NCBI GenBank assembly: GCA_964589645.1
Contig: CAZPSN010000005.1
Location: 18,865 to 82,864 of the forward strand
Length of the DNA stretch: 64,000 bases
Reading direction: 5' to 3'
DNA from: an uncultured Desulfovibrionaceae bacterium
GTDB lineage: Bacteria; Desulfobacterota; Desulfovibrionia; Desulfovibrionales; Desulfomicrobiaceae
Position 1 is the stretch's first letter. Each line of letters opens with the position of its first letter. Shown piece after piece: positions 9,257 through 20,106 of this stretch. The notes under the pieces are model-generated. The model was not told where the DNA came from and searched no databases. It worked only from the letters and a program-made list of their open reading frames with translations. A program made the translations under genes and the position numbers.

Positions 9257-10981
9257 ATGACGGATACCTGGACCTCCTGGACACTCAAAACTCCTGCCGC
9301 CGAATCGGCCCTCAGCCGGGACCAGCAGATGCGCGTTGCCAACCGGCTGGAGGTCAGCTCTTTTCTGATCCATCTGCTGTCTCTGCGCGGGCTGACCTCG
9401 GAAGCGGACATGGACAGATTCCTGAGCCCGGGTCTGCGTTATCTGCGCCCCTTGGAGCATTGGCCAGGCATTGAAGCCGGAGCCGTTCTGATTGCCGAAG
9501 CGGTCCGGGCCGGCCGCAAAATCGCGGTTTGGGGTGACTACGACGTGGATGGCATCACTGCCACGGCCTTGGTCAAAGGCTTCATGGCCAGCCGCGGCAT
9601 TGAGATCACCCACTTCATTCCGGACCGCCTGGACTTCGGGTACGGTCTGCACGCCGAGGGTATCCGCGGCCTGGCTGACCAGGGCGTAGGCCTGCTGTTG
9701 ACCGTGGATTGCGGCATCGCCAATGTGCAGGAAATCCGGGAAGCAAAGGCCCTGGGCATGAACGTTGTTGTCACGGACCACCATCTGCCCGGACAGGAAT
9801 TGCCTGTTGCGGATGCCATCATCAATCCCAAAATCGGCGACTGGCCGAGTCCCAACCTCGCGGGGGTGGGCATCGCGTTTCTGCTTATGGGCGCCCTGAA
9901 CCGCATCCTGCCCGAACCGCGGGTCGATATCCGTGACTATCTGGATCTCGTTGCTCTCGGCACCGTGGCCGACGTGGTGCCTTTGGACGAACAGAACAGG
10001 ATCATGGTCAAGAACGGATTGCTCCTCATCAAGGAGGGCCGCCGCCCGGGAATCCAGGCCTTGAAAGAGATCAGCGGGCTGTCCTCCGAGGATGACGTGG
10101 GTACCGGCACCATTGGTTTTGCCTTGGCCCCGCGCATCAACGCCGCCGGGCGGATCGGCGATCCAGATCTGGCCGTGAACCTGCTCTTGGAAAACCGTCT
10201 GGAAGAGGCCCGTCTCCTCGCGGCGCAACTGGACCGGCTCAACTCCAAGCGCAAACTGGAAGAGCAACGCATCTTGGAGGAAGCCATCGTTCAGGCTGAA
10301 TCCCAGCTTCATCTTCCCGGTCTGGTGCTCCATTCCGAGCACTGGCATTCGGGCATTATTGGCATCGTAGCCTCACGCATCGTCGAGCGCTTTCATCGCC
10401 CCTGTCTGATCCTGACCAAGGAGAACGGCATCTTCAAAGGCTCTGGCCGATCCACCCCCTCGTTTGACCTGTATCAGGCCCTCTTGTCCTGCAAACAATG
10501 TCTGTACAAATTTGGGGGGCATCGCCAAGCTGCGGGCCTCAAGCTCGAACCCTTCCAGCTCGCTAATCTGAAGAACCTCTTCGCCTGGGCCGTGGAGGAA
10601 CAGCTGGGCACCAACCCGGCCCCGCCTGTCCTGGAACTGGACGCCCAACTTCCCTTCGCGCTGCTGACTGACACCCTTCTCAAGGAGCTGGAGCTGATGC
10701 AGCCCTTTGGCCAGGGCAATCCGCGCCCGATTTTCCTCTCCCCGCCGCTGAAAGTTCTCCGGCACAGATTTTTCGGCCAAAAAAAGCATCTCGAACTGCA
10801 CGTCAGTGATGCCAGCGACGGGACGACCATGCGCGCCGTGGCTTGGCGTCAGGGCGAACGCTGGCGGGACACGGCCTTCAACGGCCGTAATCTGACCATG
10901 GCCTACACTCCGCGCCGATCCAAATTCAACGGCCTCATGCAATTCGAGCTGGCAGTGCAAGACATCCTGTCCCTCGACTGA
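9257..10981 (+). CDS. recJ: Single-stranded-DNA-specific exonuclease RecJ
   Basis: GDYDVDG, TVDCG, TDHH, LGTVADVVPL, PRINAAGR, GSGRS, FGGH motifs. Confidence 0.96.
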   Translation: MTDTWTSWTLKTPAAESALSRDQQMRVANRLEVSSFLIHLLSLRGLTSEADMDRFLSPGLRYLRPLEHWPGIEAGAVLIAEAVRAGRKIAVWGDYDVDGITATALVKGFMASRGIEITHFIPDRLDFGYGLHAEGIRGLADQGVGLLLTVDCGIANVQEIREAKALGMNVVVTDHHLPGQELPVADAIINPKIGDWPSPNLAGVGIAFLLMGALNRILPEPRVDIRDYLDLVALGTVADVVPLDEQNRIMVKNGLLLIKEGRRPGIQALKEISGLSSEDDVGTGTIGFALAPRINAAGRIGDPDLAVNLLLENRLEEARLLAAQLDRLNSKRKLEEQRILEEAIVQAESQLHLPGLVLHSEHWHSGIIGIVASRIVERFHRPCLILTKENGIFKGSGRSTPSFDLYQALLSCKQCLYKFGGHRQAAGLKLEPFQLANLKNLFAWAVEEQLGTNPAPPVLELDAQLPFALLTDTLLKELELMQPFGQGNPRPIFLSPPLKVLRHRFFGQKKHLELHVSDASDGTTMRAVAWRQGERWRDTAFNGRNLTMAYTPRRSKFNGLMQFELAVQDILSLD

Positions 10982-11038
10982 GCGCCCTTTTCTTTGCCGC
11001 AAAAAACACGTAGACAGCGCAAAAAAACGGAGGAAGAC

Positions 11039-11416
11039 ATGAACCGCCTCAAAAATCTACTGCTGGTCGTGGTGCTCTTGAGCACGGGCTGTGCAGCCCT
11101 GGTCATTGGAGGAGCGGCCGCGGTGGGAACATACACCTATGTCGCGGGAGAACTGAAGAAAACCTACAATGCCAACCTCGACGCAACGTACAAGGCCACG
11201 ATCGCCGGATGTGAATCCTTGGGCCTGCCTGTGCTGGACCGTGAGAAACAGCTGAGTCAGGCTTCGATCAAGACCATGGATGGAGAGCGCGACGTGTGGA
11301 TCAGCATCAAGGTCCAGAGTTCGACCACGACCGAAGTCGCCATCCGCATCGGCTATTTGGGGGACGAACAGGGCTCCAGGCGCATCCACGAAGCCATCGG
11401 AAACAAGCTCAAATGA
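11039..11416 (+). CDS. Small lipoprotein, DUF3568-like
   Basis: GGAGGA RBS before ATG 11039; lipobox LSTGC followed by AALVIGGAAAVGTYTY. Confidence 0.75.
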   Translation: MNRLKNLLLVVVLLSTGCAALVIGGAAAVGTYTYVAGELKKTYNANLDATYKATIAGCESLGLPVLDREKQLSQASIKTMDGERDVWISIKVQSSTTTEVAIRIGYLGDEQGSRRIHEAIGNKLK

Positions 11417-11443
11417 CGGCGGCCCTCCTGGGCCGCCTCCTTC

Positions 11444-12946
11444 TCAAACCCATGAAAAGCGCATGGCCCGGACGAATCGGGAATTAAAATCCCGCTGTTC
11501 CAGCAGATTGTGCACAACGACCCGCCCAGGCAAGCACGCAAGCCACGACTGCGCCTCCGCGCTTCGAAGCGCCAGGAGTGTCCCGGCCAGGGACGTATTG
11601 CCGGCGACACGAATTTTTTCCCGCCATCTTTCGGGCAGGAAGCCCAACGTTATCAGATCGTCCGGATCCATATGCTTTCCCAGGGCCCCGGCCAAGTACA
11701 CCTGAGCCACGTCCTCTTCAGCCAGACCCGCCCTTTCGACCAACGTGTTCAGGGCGACATTGACACCGGACTTGGCTTTCAAAAATTCCTCGATGTCTCG
11801 TTCCGCCAAAAAAACACCCTCCGTCAGACCCAGGATCCGCCCCATGGAATGACGCTGGATCCGCGATGAAATCCTGGCCGCCAACGGCATGGCGGGCGAA
11901 GCTTGGAAATGACCGTCCTCGCCAACGAGTCCAATGCGGCGCAAAACGGCCAGGAGAGAAACATATCCGCTTCCGGAAATACCCACGAGGCCTGTTTCAT
12001 TCCAACTAAGCCCCTGCGGACCAATGCTGACGCGGCTCAGCACATCAACCCCGGCCACCTCTCCGCAGCACAGTCCAACCCCTTCGATGGCCGGACCCAT
12101 GGGCACGCTGCAAGCATAGAAATGATTCGGATCACGGGCCAAGACAAATTCCCCGTTGGTGCCCATGTCTGCCAAGACAAAAGGATACTCCGGATCGTTG
12201 GAAACAATGTATGCCAAGCCGGCACTGATGTCCGCCCCGACGAAAGGAGCAATGAGCGGAGGCACGTAGAGGGGGGGGAGGTCCGGATCAAGGCGCACAA
12301 TTTCCCCGCCACCCCAGGGCAATCTGTATGGCGCATACGCCAAGCCTTCCAGAGGGAGTCCCAGAAGCAGGGCGATCATGACGCTGTTTCCGGCCACGGC
12401 CCACTCGGCAGCCCCGCTTTGACGAACAAAGCCGGTTAGGAGTTCCAGCACGGACTGACGCACCTGATCGCGGGCCGCATCGGAGGAAAGGGCGTAACGC
12501 AGTCGGGACATGATCTCACTGCCCACCCCCATCTGGGGGTTGGGCATGCCCTGTTCGGGACTCGACTCATCCCCGGTTTGAACAGCCCATTTGATGCGTG
12601 TCGTGCCGATGTCGACGGCCAGCTTGTCGCCTTTTGGCGTATTCGGGACGGATGGATCAAGGCCAGGGATTTCGATGCGGCACGCCTGCAGAACCACGTG
12701 TTTACAGCCCAGACGCCACCCTTGGGCCAGTTCGTGCGCATCAAAGCGGGCCAAATCTTCGGTGCAGGGTGCGGGAGGATGGTCCGTGAAACGCAGCCTG
12801 CACTTGCCACACAATCCAGCACCAGCGCAAAAAAAACGTCCCCGGCCTAACCGCGCCTCAAACAACAGGTGCAAGAAGGACTGTCCGGGCTCCGCCCAAA
12901 GTATGGCCTCCTTGCCCGAGTCGTGTGCGACATCAATTTTCAGCAC
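11444..12946 (-). CDS. ASKHA-domain (DUF4445) protein with N-terminal 2Fe-2S ferredoxin domain; reductive activator of corrinoid proteins (RACo/RamA)-like
   Basis: CAGAGLCGKC...RLGC 2Fe-2S motif; VDIGTT, FVGADI, DMGTNGE, GPAIEG, GISGSG, LAGALG, AGNTSLAG motifs. GTG start overlaps the selD stop. Confidence 0.85.
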   Translation of the reverse strand: MLKIDVAHDSGKEAILWAEPGQSFLHLLFEARLGRGRFFCAGAGLCGKCRLRFTDHPPAPCTEDLARFDAHELAQGWRLGCKHVVLQACRIEIPGLDPSVPNTPKGDKLAVDIGTTRIKWAVQTGDESSPEQGMPNPQMGVGSEIMSRLRYALSSDAARDQVRQSVLELLTGFVRQSGAAEWAVAGNSVMIALLLGLPLEGLAYAPYRLPWGGGEIVRLDPDLPPLYVPPLIAPFVGADISAGLAYIVSNDPEYPFVLADMGTNGEFVLARDPNHFYACSVPMGPAIEGVGLCCGEVAGVDVLSRVSIGPQGLSWNETGLVGISGSGYVSLLAVLRRIGLVGEDGHFQASPAMPLAARISSRIQRHSMGRILGLTEGVFLAERDIEEFLKAKSGVNVALNTLVERAGLAEEDVAQVYLAGALGKHMDPDDLITLGFLPERWREKIRVAGNTSLAGTLLALRSAEAQSWLACLPGRVVVHNLLEQRDFNSRFVRAMRFSWV

Positions 12947-13986
12947 AGAACTAGATGTTTCCCATCTGCACGTAGTGGCTCCACAAATCCGATCACCGCT
13001 GCCATTTCACCCCTGGCGCGCAGCCAGTTTCCAACTTCCAAAGACTTCTTTTCGGGCACACCGAGAACCATTCCGCCGGAAGTCTGGGCATCGAACATGA
13101 GATCAAGCAAGATGGGGTCAATCGTTGGCGATGCCGAAACCGTCGCGTGGCAGTAGTGCTTGTTCGCGTGGCTGCCAAGGGGCAGCAATCCGACCCTGAC
13201 CATGTCCAGGGCATGCTCCATGAGGGGCACGGCGTTGACATCAAGGTGAATGGTGCAGGAAGAGGCTCGGGCCATCTCCAGTGCGTGGCCGCCAAGACCA
13301 AAGCCCGTCACATCCGTGGCCGCCCGAAGACCGAATGTGGTGACAGCCTCGCCAGGAAACCGATTCAACCTGGAAGCCCAGCGATAAACCTCTTCTTCAT
13401 GCTCACGGTACCCGTCCCATTGCGCCTTGATGGACGTTGCCAGCACCCCGGAGCCGATGGGCTTGGTCAAAATCAGCACGTCACCTGGCCGCAGGCCGGC
13501 ATTAGTCGCAAACTGCTCCGGGGTTACCACGCCTGAGACCGACAGGCCGTACTTGATTTCCTTGTCCTGAACGCTGTGCCCACCAACCAAGAAGGCTCCT
13601 GCCTCGTCGATCTTAGAAAGACCTCCTCGCAAAATCTCGCGCAATATTTCCACGTCCATTTCCCCAATGGGGAAACAGACAATATTCATCGCCACGTAGG
13701 GCTCCCCGCCCATGGCATAGATGTCGGAAAGAGAATTGGCGGCCGCGATCTGGCCGAAACGGAACGGATCATTGACGATGGGCGTGAAGAAATCCACTGT
13801 CTGGACCAGGGCCTTACCCTCTGGAAAACGGACGACAGCGGCGTCCTCGCTATTGCCGAGACCGGCGAGAATCCGACTGTCCGCCGCTACCTTCAGTCCG
13901 GCCAATGCTCGCTCCAGGTCCCCTGGAGCCAGTTTGGCTGCTCAACCTGAAGCGGAGACGCTCTGAACCAGCTCTTTTTTTATCAC
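12940..13986 (-). CDS. selD: Selenide, water dikinase SelD (selenocysteine-containing, Sec15)
   Basis: GTG at 13986 with GAGGAG RBS, overlapping the LysR stop (GTGA). Reads MIKKELVQSVSASG-UGA-AAKLAPGDL in frame into the track ORF (EDAAV, TVDFFTP, AANSLSDIYAMGG, TDVTGFGLGGH, DAQTSGG). Confidence 0.95.
13911..13929 (-). promoter_or_regulatory. Bacterial SECIS hairpin of selD
   Basis: mRNA GCUCCAGG-GGA-CCUGGAGC, a perfect 8-bp stem starting 12 nt downstream of the UGA at 13942-13944. Confidence 0.8.
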
Positions 13987-14900
13987 GCCGTGCTCCTCGT
14001 GGCCCCTTCACCTACGCTTGACTTCAGAAAATCAATGAGCTTCAGTGCCGCCGGAAAAAGAGATCTCTTCTTGTTGAAGACCACATAAAAGAACCGCTCC
14101 ATGCGCAAGCCAGGAAGATTAACCGCGACAAGACTACCGGAAGCGAGTTCGCCGGATACGGTCACCGCGGAAGTGATGGCTGCGCCCATGCCCGAGGCTA
14201 GGCATCTGGCCATGGCTCCAGCGTTGCGAACCATGATCACGGTGTGCAGGGAATGTATGTCTATTTCAAACTTCGCTAGACTCGCAGCCATGGCGATTCG
14301 AGTGCCCGAACCTTCTTCTCGCACGATCCACGGAAGGGCACGCAGAAGCTCCGCGGTCTCAAGGTGGCAATATCGGGCATGAATATCAGGAGACATCACC
14401 ATCACCAGCGTATCCGCGAGAACCGGCTCGAAGTGAAGATCGGGAGCATCAAAATACGCCCCCACAACCCCGAGCATGAGCGTGTTTTCGCGCACCTGAT
14501 TCACGATGTCCTCGGAATCACCAATGCGCAGGTCCATGACCACCTCCGGATAGGCCTGCCAAAACTTGGCCAGGATCTCCGGCATTATATAATTAGCCGG
14601 GATCGTGCTTGCGCCAATATCGAGCCGCCCCGTGATGCGATCCTGCAGCTTGCGCAATTCAGATATGGCTAACTCCGATGCGTCAAAAATCTTCTTTGCG
14701 TGGCGATAGAGCACCTCTCCGGCCTTGGTCGGAACGACAGTCCGGCCGATACGATCGAAAAGTTGCACTCCCAGCTCTTGCTCCAGGGAAGCCACGTGGG
14801 CGCTGATAGTCGGCTGAGAGAGATAAAGCGCTTTTCCTGCTTTTGAAAAACTGCGATGCTCAAAAACCTTCGAAAAAGCCTCGATCTTTCGAATATCCAT
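13983..14900 (-). CDS. LysR-family transcriptional regulator (CysL-like, selenium-metabolism associated)
   Basis: HTH SFSKAGKALYLSQPTIS...LFDR, GASTIP, REEGSGTR. ATG at 14900; translationally coupled to selD. Confidence 0.9.
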   Translation of the reverse strand: MDIRKIEAFSKVFEHRSFSKAGKALYLSQPTISAHVASLEQELGVQLFDRIGRTVVPTKAGEVLYRHAKKIFDASELAISELRKLQDRITGRLDIGASTIPANYIMPEILAKFWQAYPEVVMDLRIGDSEDIVNQVRENTLMLGVVGAYFDAPDLHFEPVLADTLVMVMSPDIHARYCHLETAELLRALPWIVREEGSGTRIAMAASLAKFEIDIHSLHTVIMVRNAGAMARCLASGMGAAITSAVTVSGELASGSLVAVNLPGLRMERFFYVVFNKKRSLFPAALKLIDFLKSSVGEGATRSTA

Positions 14901-14942
14901 AAGCGGTGATTCCTGGCATAGATGAAAGCAATACATGTACCC

Positions 14943-14971
14943 AAAAAAAACAAGGCAGCGAAGCTGCCTTG
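14943..14971 (-). terminator. Intrinsic terminator of the alpha operon
   Basis: CAAGGCAGC-TTC-GCTGCCTTG followed by T8 on the minus strand, just after rplQ. Confidence 0.85.
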
Positions 14972-14979
14972 TGAATGAA

Positions 14980-15393
14980 TTATTCTGTAGCTGAAGCCGT
15001 CGAGCCTGGTGCGGTTTCTCCGGCCAACCGCTCGCTCAACCGCGTAAATTCGATCATGGCCATTGGTGCGCTGTCACCAACGCGAGGAATACCAAACTTG
15101 ACTACCCGGGTATACCCGCCAGGAATCTCCTTGAATCGGGGACCAATCTCATCAAAAAGCTTTTTGACGCTGTGATGACTACCAAGGACAGCGTAAGCCT
15201 GACGACGTGCATGCAAGCTGTCCTGCAAGGCCATGGTGATCAGCTTGTCGGCAAGGATCCTGAGTTCCTTGGCCTTGGCCTCCGTCGTGCGAATGCGCTC
15301 GTGCTCGACCAGGGAACGGGCCATATTTTTCATCAGGGCCTTGCGGTGCTCCCACGTGCGCCCCAGTTTCCGACCGGATTTTCTATGCCTCAT
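14980..15393 (-). CDS. rplQ: 50S ribosomal protein L17
   Basis: [25 protein letters not shown]. Confidence 0.97.
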   Translation of the reverse strand: MRHRKSGRKLGRTWEHRKALMKNMARSLVEHERIRTTEAKAKELRILADKLITMALQDSLHARRQAYAVLGSHHSVKKLFDEIGPRFKEIPGGYTRVVKFGIPRVGDSAPMAMIEFTRLSERLAGETAPGSTASATE

Positions 15394-16429
15394 CTTCTTC
15401 GTTCCTCTTTAACCAATCCTGGTACAATTCATCAAAATTATCGACTCTGATCCCGAAATCCAGGCCCATGCTCTCCAGAACTCGACGGATGTCCTCCAGG
15501 GACTTGCGGCCAAAATTCTTGGTCTTGAGCAGATCAGCCTCGGTCTTTTGGACCAGTTCACCAACGATATGAATACCCGCGCTCTTCAAGCAATTGCTCG
15601 CTCTGACGGGTAGTTCGAGATCCTCGATATTCTTGAAGAGGTTCTCATTGATCTTGTCCTGTGGCTTGGACTTTGACTTCTCAATATCTGCTGTGCCCTC
15701 ATCAAAATTGATAAAGACGGTCAACTGCTCTTTCAAGATCTTCGCACTGTATGCAAGGGCGTCATCTGGGGTGATGGAGCCATCGGTCCAGACCTCGATG
15801 ATCAACTTATCATAATTGGTCATCTGTCCGACGCGGGCCTGCTCCACCGCATATGCGACCTTACGTATCGGCGAAAAACTCGAGTCCAAAGTGATCACGC
15901 CGATCTCATTGTCCAACTCTTCATGCATCTCTGCAGGGACGTAACCCTTGCCCATACGGATTTCGAGATCAATGACCAGGTCAATATCTTCGGACAATGT
16001 TGCGATGTGCAGATCTGGATTGAGAATTTTAATGTGCTGGTTCTCAACAACTGCTGAAGCCTTGACCTCACCCTTAGAGTTGGCAATAAGCTGAACCTTC
16101 TGCGGCTCAGGGGTGTTCATGGCCACACGAAGCTGCTTCACGTTCAAAACGATGTCGGTGACATCTTCGTTAACCCCTGGGATGGTCGTGAATTCATGCT
16201 GAATGCCCTGAATTTTGACCGAAACCGGAGCGGCTCCTTGAAGAGAGGAGAGCAGAACCCGGCGCAAAGCATTTCCAATGGTGGTACCGAACCCTCTTTC
16301 CAGGGGTTCACACACAAATCGCCCGTACATCGAATCGTTCTTTGAATCCTTTTCGAGCTGCTCCGGCCTGACTAGCTCTGCCCAATTTCGGACGTAAACC
16401 TTTTTGTCTCCGCTATACGTAGAACTCAT
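15383..16429 (-). CDS. rpoA: RNA polymerase subunit alpha
   Basis: [22 protein letters not shown]; alpha-CTD VRASNCL, NFGRKSL. Confidence 0.98.
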   Translation of the reverse strand: MSSTYSGDKKVYVRNWAELVRPEQLEKDSKNDSMYGRFVCEPLERGFGTTIGNALRRVLLSSLQGAAPVSVKIQGIQHEFTTIPGVNEDVTDIVLNVKQLRVAMNTPEPQKVQLIANSKGEVKASAVVENQHIKILNPDLHIATLSEDIDLVIDLEIRMGKGYVPAEMHEELDNEIGVITLDSSFSPIRKVAYAVEQARVGQMTNYDKLIIEVWTDGSITPDDALAYSAKILKEQLTVFINFDEGTADIEKSKSKPQDKINENLFKNIEDLELPVRASNCLKSAGIHIVGELVQKTEADLLKTKNFGRKSLEDIRRVLESMGLDFGIRVDNFDELYQDWLKRNEEDEA

Positions 16430-16441
16430 GTTTACCGCCTG

Positions 16442-17068
16442 TTATTTGGAGTAGAGTTCAACAATCAACTGCTCTGTCATTGGGAACGTGATGTCTTCTC
16501 GTGTGGGGAGAGCTTTCAGAGAACCTTTCATGGCAGCGGCGTCAACTTCAAGCCAAGCAGGAACGCCACGTCGAGCAACAATCTCCAACGCTTCAGCAAT
16601 GACAAGATTCTTCTTTGTGCGGTCACGCACTTCCAGAACGTCGCCAGCCTTCATCTGAATCGATGGGACACTGACACGACGGCCATTCAAGGTGAACAGT
16701 CCGTGACGGACCATCTGCCGAGCCTGGCTGCGGGAGTTGGCAAAACCAAGCTTATACGTGACATTATCAATGCGCGTTTCGAGCAGCATCAAAAGATTCG
16801 TGCCGGTAATTCCTTTACGACGCTCCGCTTCTTCAAAATATCTGCGGAACTGGCCCTCAAGAATTCCGTACATCTTTCTCACCTTCTGCTTCTCGCGCAG
16901 CTGGAGAGCGTAGTCACTGGGCTTCTTGCGCGCCTTACCATGGTCACCAGGCGCATAGGCCCGGCGCTCAAAGGCACATTTATCCGTATAACATCGATCG
17001 CCCTTTAAAAAGAGCTTACCGCCTTCTCTGCGGCATATTCTACATTTAGCGCCTGTATATCTAGCCAA
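16442..17068 (-). CDS. rpsD: 30S ribosomal protein S4
   Basis: [29 protein letters not shown]. Confidence 0.98.
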   Translation of the reverse strand: MARYTGAKCRICRREGGKLFLKGDRCYTDKCAFERRAYAPGDHGKARKKPSDYALQLREKQKVRKMYGILEGQFRRYFEEAERRKGITGTNLLMLLETRIDNVTYKLGFANSRSQARQMVRHGLFTLNGRRVSVPSIQMKAGDVLEVRDRTKKNLVIAEALEIVARRGVPAWLEVDAAAMKGSLKALPTREDITFPMTEQLIVELYSK

Positions 17069-17080
17069 GGTACATTCCCC

Positions 17081-17470
17081 CTATACTCTACGACGTTTGG
17101 GCGGACGGCATCCGTTATGCGGTATCGGAGTCACGTCGCGGATGAAGGAAACTCGAAGGCCCACGGCGTTGATCGCACGCATCGCGGATTCACGTCCGGA
17201 GCCAGGGCCCTTGACCAGGATACCCACGGAGCGCATACCACAATCCATTGCCTTTCGAGCGGCAGTTTCTGCTGCCTTCTGAGCCGCAAAAGGCGTATTC
17301 TTACGAGAACCCTTGAACCCGGAAGCCCCAGAGCTGGCCCAACTAATCACATTACCTGTCGGGTCGGTAAAGGTGATAATCGTATTATTGAAGGTGCTGT
17401 TCACGTGAGCAATACCCGTGGGGATATTTCTCTTTTCCTTTTTCTTGATCACTCTTTGCGGTCTAGCCAT
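17081..17470 (-). CDS. rpsK: 30S ribosomal protein S11
   Basis: [24 protein letters not shown]. Confidence 0.98.
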   Translation of the reverse strand: MARPQRVIKKKEKRNIPTGIAHVNSTFNNTIITFTDPTGNVISWASSGASGFKGSRKNTPFAAQKAAETAARKAMDCGMRSVGILVKGPGSGRESAMRAINAVGLRVSFIRDVTPIPHNGCRPPKRRRV

Positions 17471-17488
17471 CTGTCTGTCTCCACCCAG

Positions 17489-17860
17489 TTACTTTTTCTT
17501 CTTGCCAACAATGGCTCTGCGTGGGCCTTTGCGTGTCCGCGCGTTGGTGTGCGTGCGCTGACCACGACAGGGCAAACCGCGTCTGTGCCGCAACCCTCTG
17601 TAGCAACCGATATCCATGAGCCGCTTGATGTTGGCCACGATTTCACGGCGCAGGTCGCCTTCAACCTTGTACTTAGCTTCGAGTTCTTTACGCAGGATGT
17701 TGATATCGTCGCCAGTGAGATCATCACTGTTCTTGGTCCAATCAATACCTGTGTCATCAAGGATCTTGAGTGCTGTAGCCCGGCCAATGCCATAAATATA
17801 TGTCAATGCAATATCGAGCCTTTTGTTTCTCGGCAAATCTACACCAACTAATCTTGCCAC
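17489..17860 (-). CDS. rpsM: 30S ribosomal protein S13
   Basis: [23 protein letters not shown]. Confidence 0.98.
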   Translation of the reverse strand: MARLVGVDLPRNKRLDIALTYIYGIGRATALKILDDTGIDWTKNSDDLTGDDINILRKELEAKYKVEGDLRREIVANIKRLMDIGCYRGLRHRRGLPCRGQRTHTNARTRKGPRRAIVGKKKK

Positions 17861-17875
17861 AATATCCCCCTATCC

Positions 17876-17989
17876 TTAACCCTGTCTTTGTTTATGCCGC
17901 GTATTGTCGCAAATAACCCGAAGCACGCCTTTGCGTTTGATCACTTTGCATTTGGGACAAATTTTGCGAACTGAAGGTCTAACTTTCAT
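17876..17989 (-). CDS. rpmJ: 50S ribosomal protein L36 (zinc-binding form)
   Basis: Below the track cutoff; translated by hand as [37 protein letters not shown]. Confidence 0.97.
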   Translation of the reverse strand: MKVRPSVRKICPKCKVIKRKGVLRVICDNTRHKQRQG

Positions 17990-18027
17990 CGAATCCCTCG
18001 CAGATTTGCAATTGCAACCCAGCCAAA

Positions 18028-18792
18028 TCAGACTTGACTGAGAATGTATGGGCCGTCCTTGGTAATGGCCACCGAATGCTCAAAATGAGCAGACAGGCTT
18101 CTGTCCTTGGTCACTGCGGTCCAACCGTCGGAGAGGATTTCGACGTGTTCGGAACCCATAGCCACCATTGGCTCAATGGCAATCACCATTCCTGGTTTCA
18201 ACGGGACCCGTGAGCAGTTCTTAGGCACAAAATTGGGGACTTCTGGCTTCTCATGAAGCATCCGACCAATACCATGCCCTACAAACCTCCGAATCACGGA
18301 ATACCCATGAACTTCAACGCATTCCTGTACAGCCCGTGAAATATCGTAAAGGTCATTTCCTGAAACAGCCTGAGCGATCCCCTTGCGAAGGGACTCCTCA
18401 GTAACAGCCAGCAAATGGGCCGCGCCCTCACTTATATTTCCTACAGGAAAGGTTTTTGCGGTATCGCCGTAAAAACCTTGAAACTTAACACCGAAATCTA
18501 TGGATAGGATGTCCCCGTCTGCCAGAATTCGAGAAGACGGAAATCCATGCACAATTTCTTCGTTGATGGAACAGCAAAGGGCATGCGGAAAGCCCAGATA
18601 ACCCTTGAATGCCGGTTCAACGCTGTAGCGCATGCACAGATCGTTGGCACATTCCTCCAACTGCATTGTTGTTACCCCCGGGGCAACCTGGCGACCAAGA
18701 TCGACCAGGATCTCGGCCGCAATGCGATTGGCTTCTCTCAAAACGGCAACTTCCTGATCGTTTTTCAGGAAGATGCCACGATATTTCTTCAA
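18028..18792 (-). CDS. map: Methionine aminopeptidase type I
   Basis: [34 protein letters not shown]. Confidence 0.96.
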   Translation of the reverse strand: MKKYRGIFLKNDQEVAVLREANRIAAEILVDLGRQVAPGVTTMQLEECANDLCMRYSVEPAFKGYLGFPHALCCSINEEIVHGFPSSRILADGDILSIDFGVKFQGFYGDTAKTFPVGNISEGAAHLLAVTEESLRKGIAQAVSGNDLYDISRAVQECVEVHGYSVIRRFVGHGIGRMLHEKPEVPNFVPKNCSRVPLKPGMVIAIEPMVAMGSEHVEILSDGWTAVTKDRSLSAHFEHSVAITKDGPYILSQV

Positions 18793-20102
18793 CCTTGTCT
18801 GCCCTTGATCTTGGCCTTGGCCAACAATCCGTCATAGCGCCCCGAAATCAGATGTGACTGAACCTGAGCCATCGTATCCATGGAGACGCCGACGACAATC
18901 AGCAGAGATGTCCCCCCGTAATAAAAGGGGACATTGAACTGCTTCATCAGAACCATGGGCAAAACGCAGACGGTGGAGATATATAAAGCTCCCCACAAAG
19001 TCAAACGCGTTAGAACCTTGTCTATATATTCGTTTGTCTTGAAACCAGGCCGAATTCCCGGAACGAAAGCCCCTTGCTTCTTGAGGTTTTCGGAAATTTC
19101 CTTGGGATCAAAAACAATGGCCGTGTAAAAAAAACAGAAAAAAACGATAAATCCAACAAAAAAGATGTTGTAAATGAGTGAATCTGGCCGGAAGTAATCA
19201 GAAACACGCTGCAAAATTTCAACATTAGAGAAGTTGGCGATGGTTGCCGGGAACATCAGAATCGATGAGGCAAAAATCGGGGGAATCACTCCAGCAGTGT
19301 TGATCCTGAGCGGAAGATGACTCGTTTGCCCGCCATACATCTTCCGACCGACCATACGTTTGGCATAATGAATTGGGATGCGCCGCTGAGCACGCTCCAT
19401 GAAGGTGATGCCTACCAAAACACCAGCCATGACGATGCCAACCAAGAGTATTGTAAAAAGGGATATGTCGCCAGCTGTGAAAAGCCGATAGGACTTACCT
19501 ATCCCGCTGGGCAGACCGGAGATGATCCCGGCGCAGATAATCAAGCTGATCCCGTTGCCGATCCCCTTTTCGGTGATTTTCTCGCCGAGCCACATGATGA
19601 ACACAGTCCCGGCCGTAAGGGTCAAAATCGTAACCAGTCGGAAGCCCCAACCTGGCATATACACAATGGAAGCCCCGGTGGGACTGGTCATGCTTTCTAC
19701 GCCAATGGCAATCCCAAGTCCCTGAATCACGGCAATGAGCACAGTTCCATAGCGGGTATACTGTGTAATCTTCTTGCGACCAGCGGCTCCTTCTTCCTTG
19801 CTCAGGCGCTTGAGGTCGGGACTGACAACCGTCAGCAGTTGAAGGATGATCGACGCGGAGATGTACGGCATGATCCCAAGGGCGAAGATGGACAAATTCA
19901 TAAGTCCGCCGCCGGAGAACATGTCGAACAATCCGAACAGGGTGTTCTGGGCATTGGCAAAAAAGTCAGCCAGCGCGTTACCGTCGACTCCGGGGATCGG
20001 TAAATGCACCCCGACACGAAAGACCGCCAAGAGAAGAAAAGTCCAAATAAACTTGGCCTTCAACTCTGACATGCCAGCGTTTGCGCCTTTGGAGATACTC
20101 AC
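18789..20102 (-). CDS. secY: Preprotein translocase subunit SecY
   Basis: SIFALGIMPYISASII, GIGNGISL, AGVIPPIFASS, PGIRPG. Start reassigned to GTG 20102, just after the rplO stop. Confidence 0.96.
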   Translation of the reverse strand: MSISKGANAGMSELKAKFIWTFLLLAVFRVGVHLPIPGVDGNALADFFANAQNTLFGLFDMFSGGGLMNLSIFALGIMPYISASIILQLLTVVSPDLKRLSKEEGAAGRKKITQYTRYGTVLIAVIQGLGIAIGVESMTSPTGASIVYMPGWGFRLVTILTLTAGTVFIMWLGEKITEKGIGNGISLIICAGIISGLPSGIGKSYRLFTAGDISLFTILLVGIVMAGVLVGITFMERAQRRIPIHYAKRMVGRKMYGGQTSHLPLRINTAGVIPPIFASSILMFPATIANFSNVEILQRVSDYFRPDSLIYNIFFVGFIVFFCFFYTAIVFDPKEISENLKKQGAFVPGIRPGFKTNEYIDKVLTRLTLWGALYISTVCVLPMVLMKQFNVPFYYGGTSLLIVVGVSMDTMAQVQSHLISGRYDGLLAKAKIKGRQG

Positions 20103-20106
20103 AATG

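Noticed and set aside
12940..12945. selD ends in Cys-TGA, resembling a C-terminal Cys-Sec motif
   Set aside because: There is no convincing SECIS downstream, SelD is already full length, and the next gene starts across this stop.
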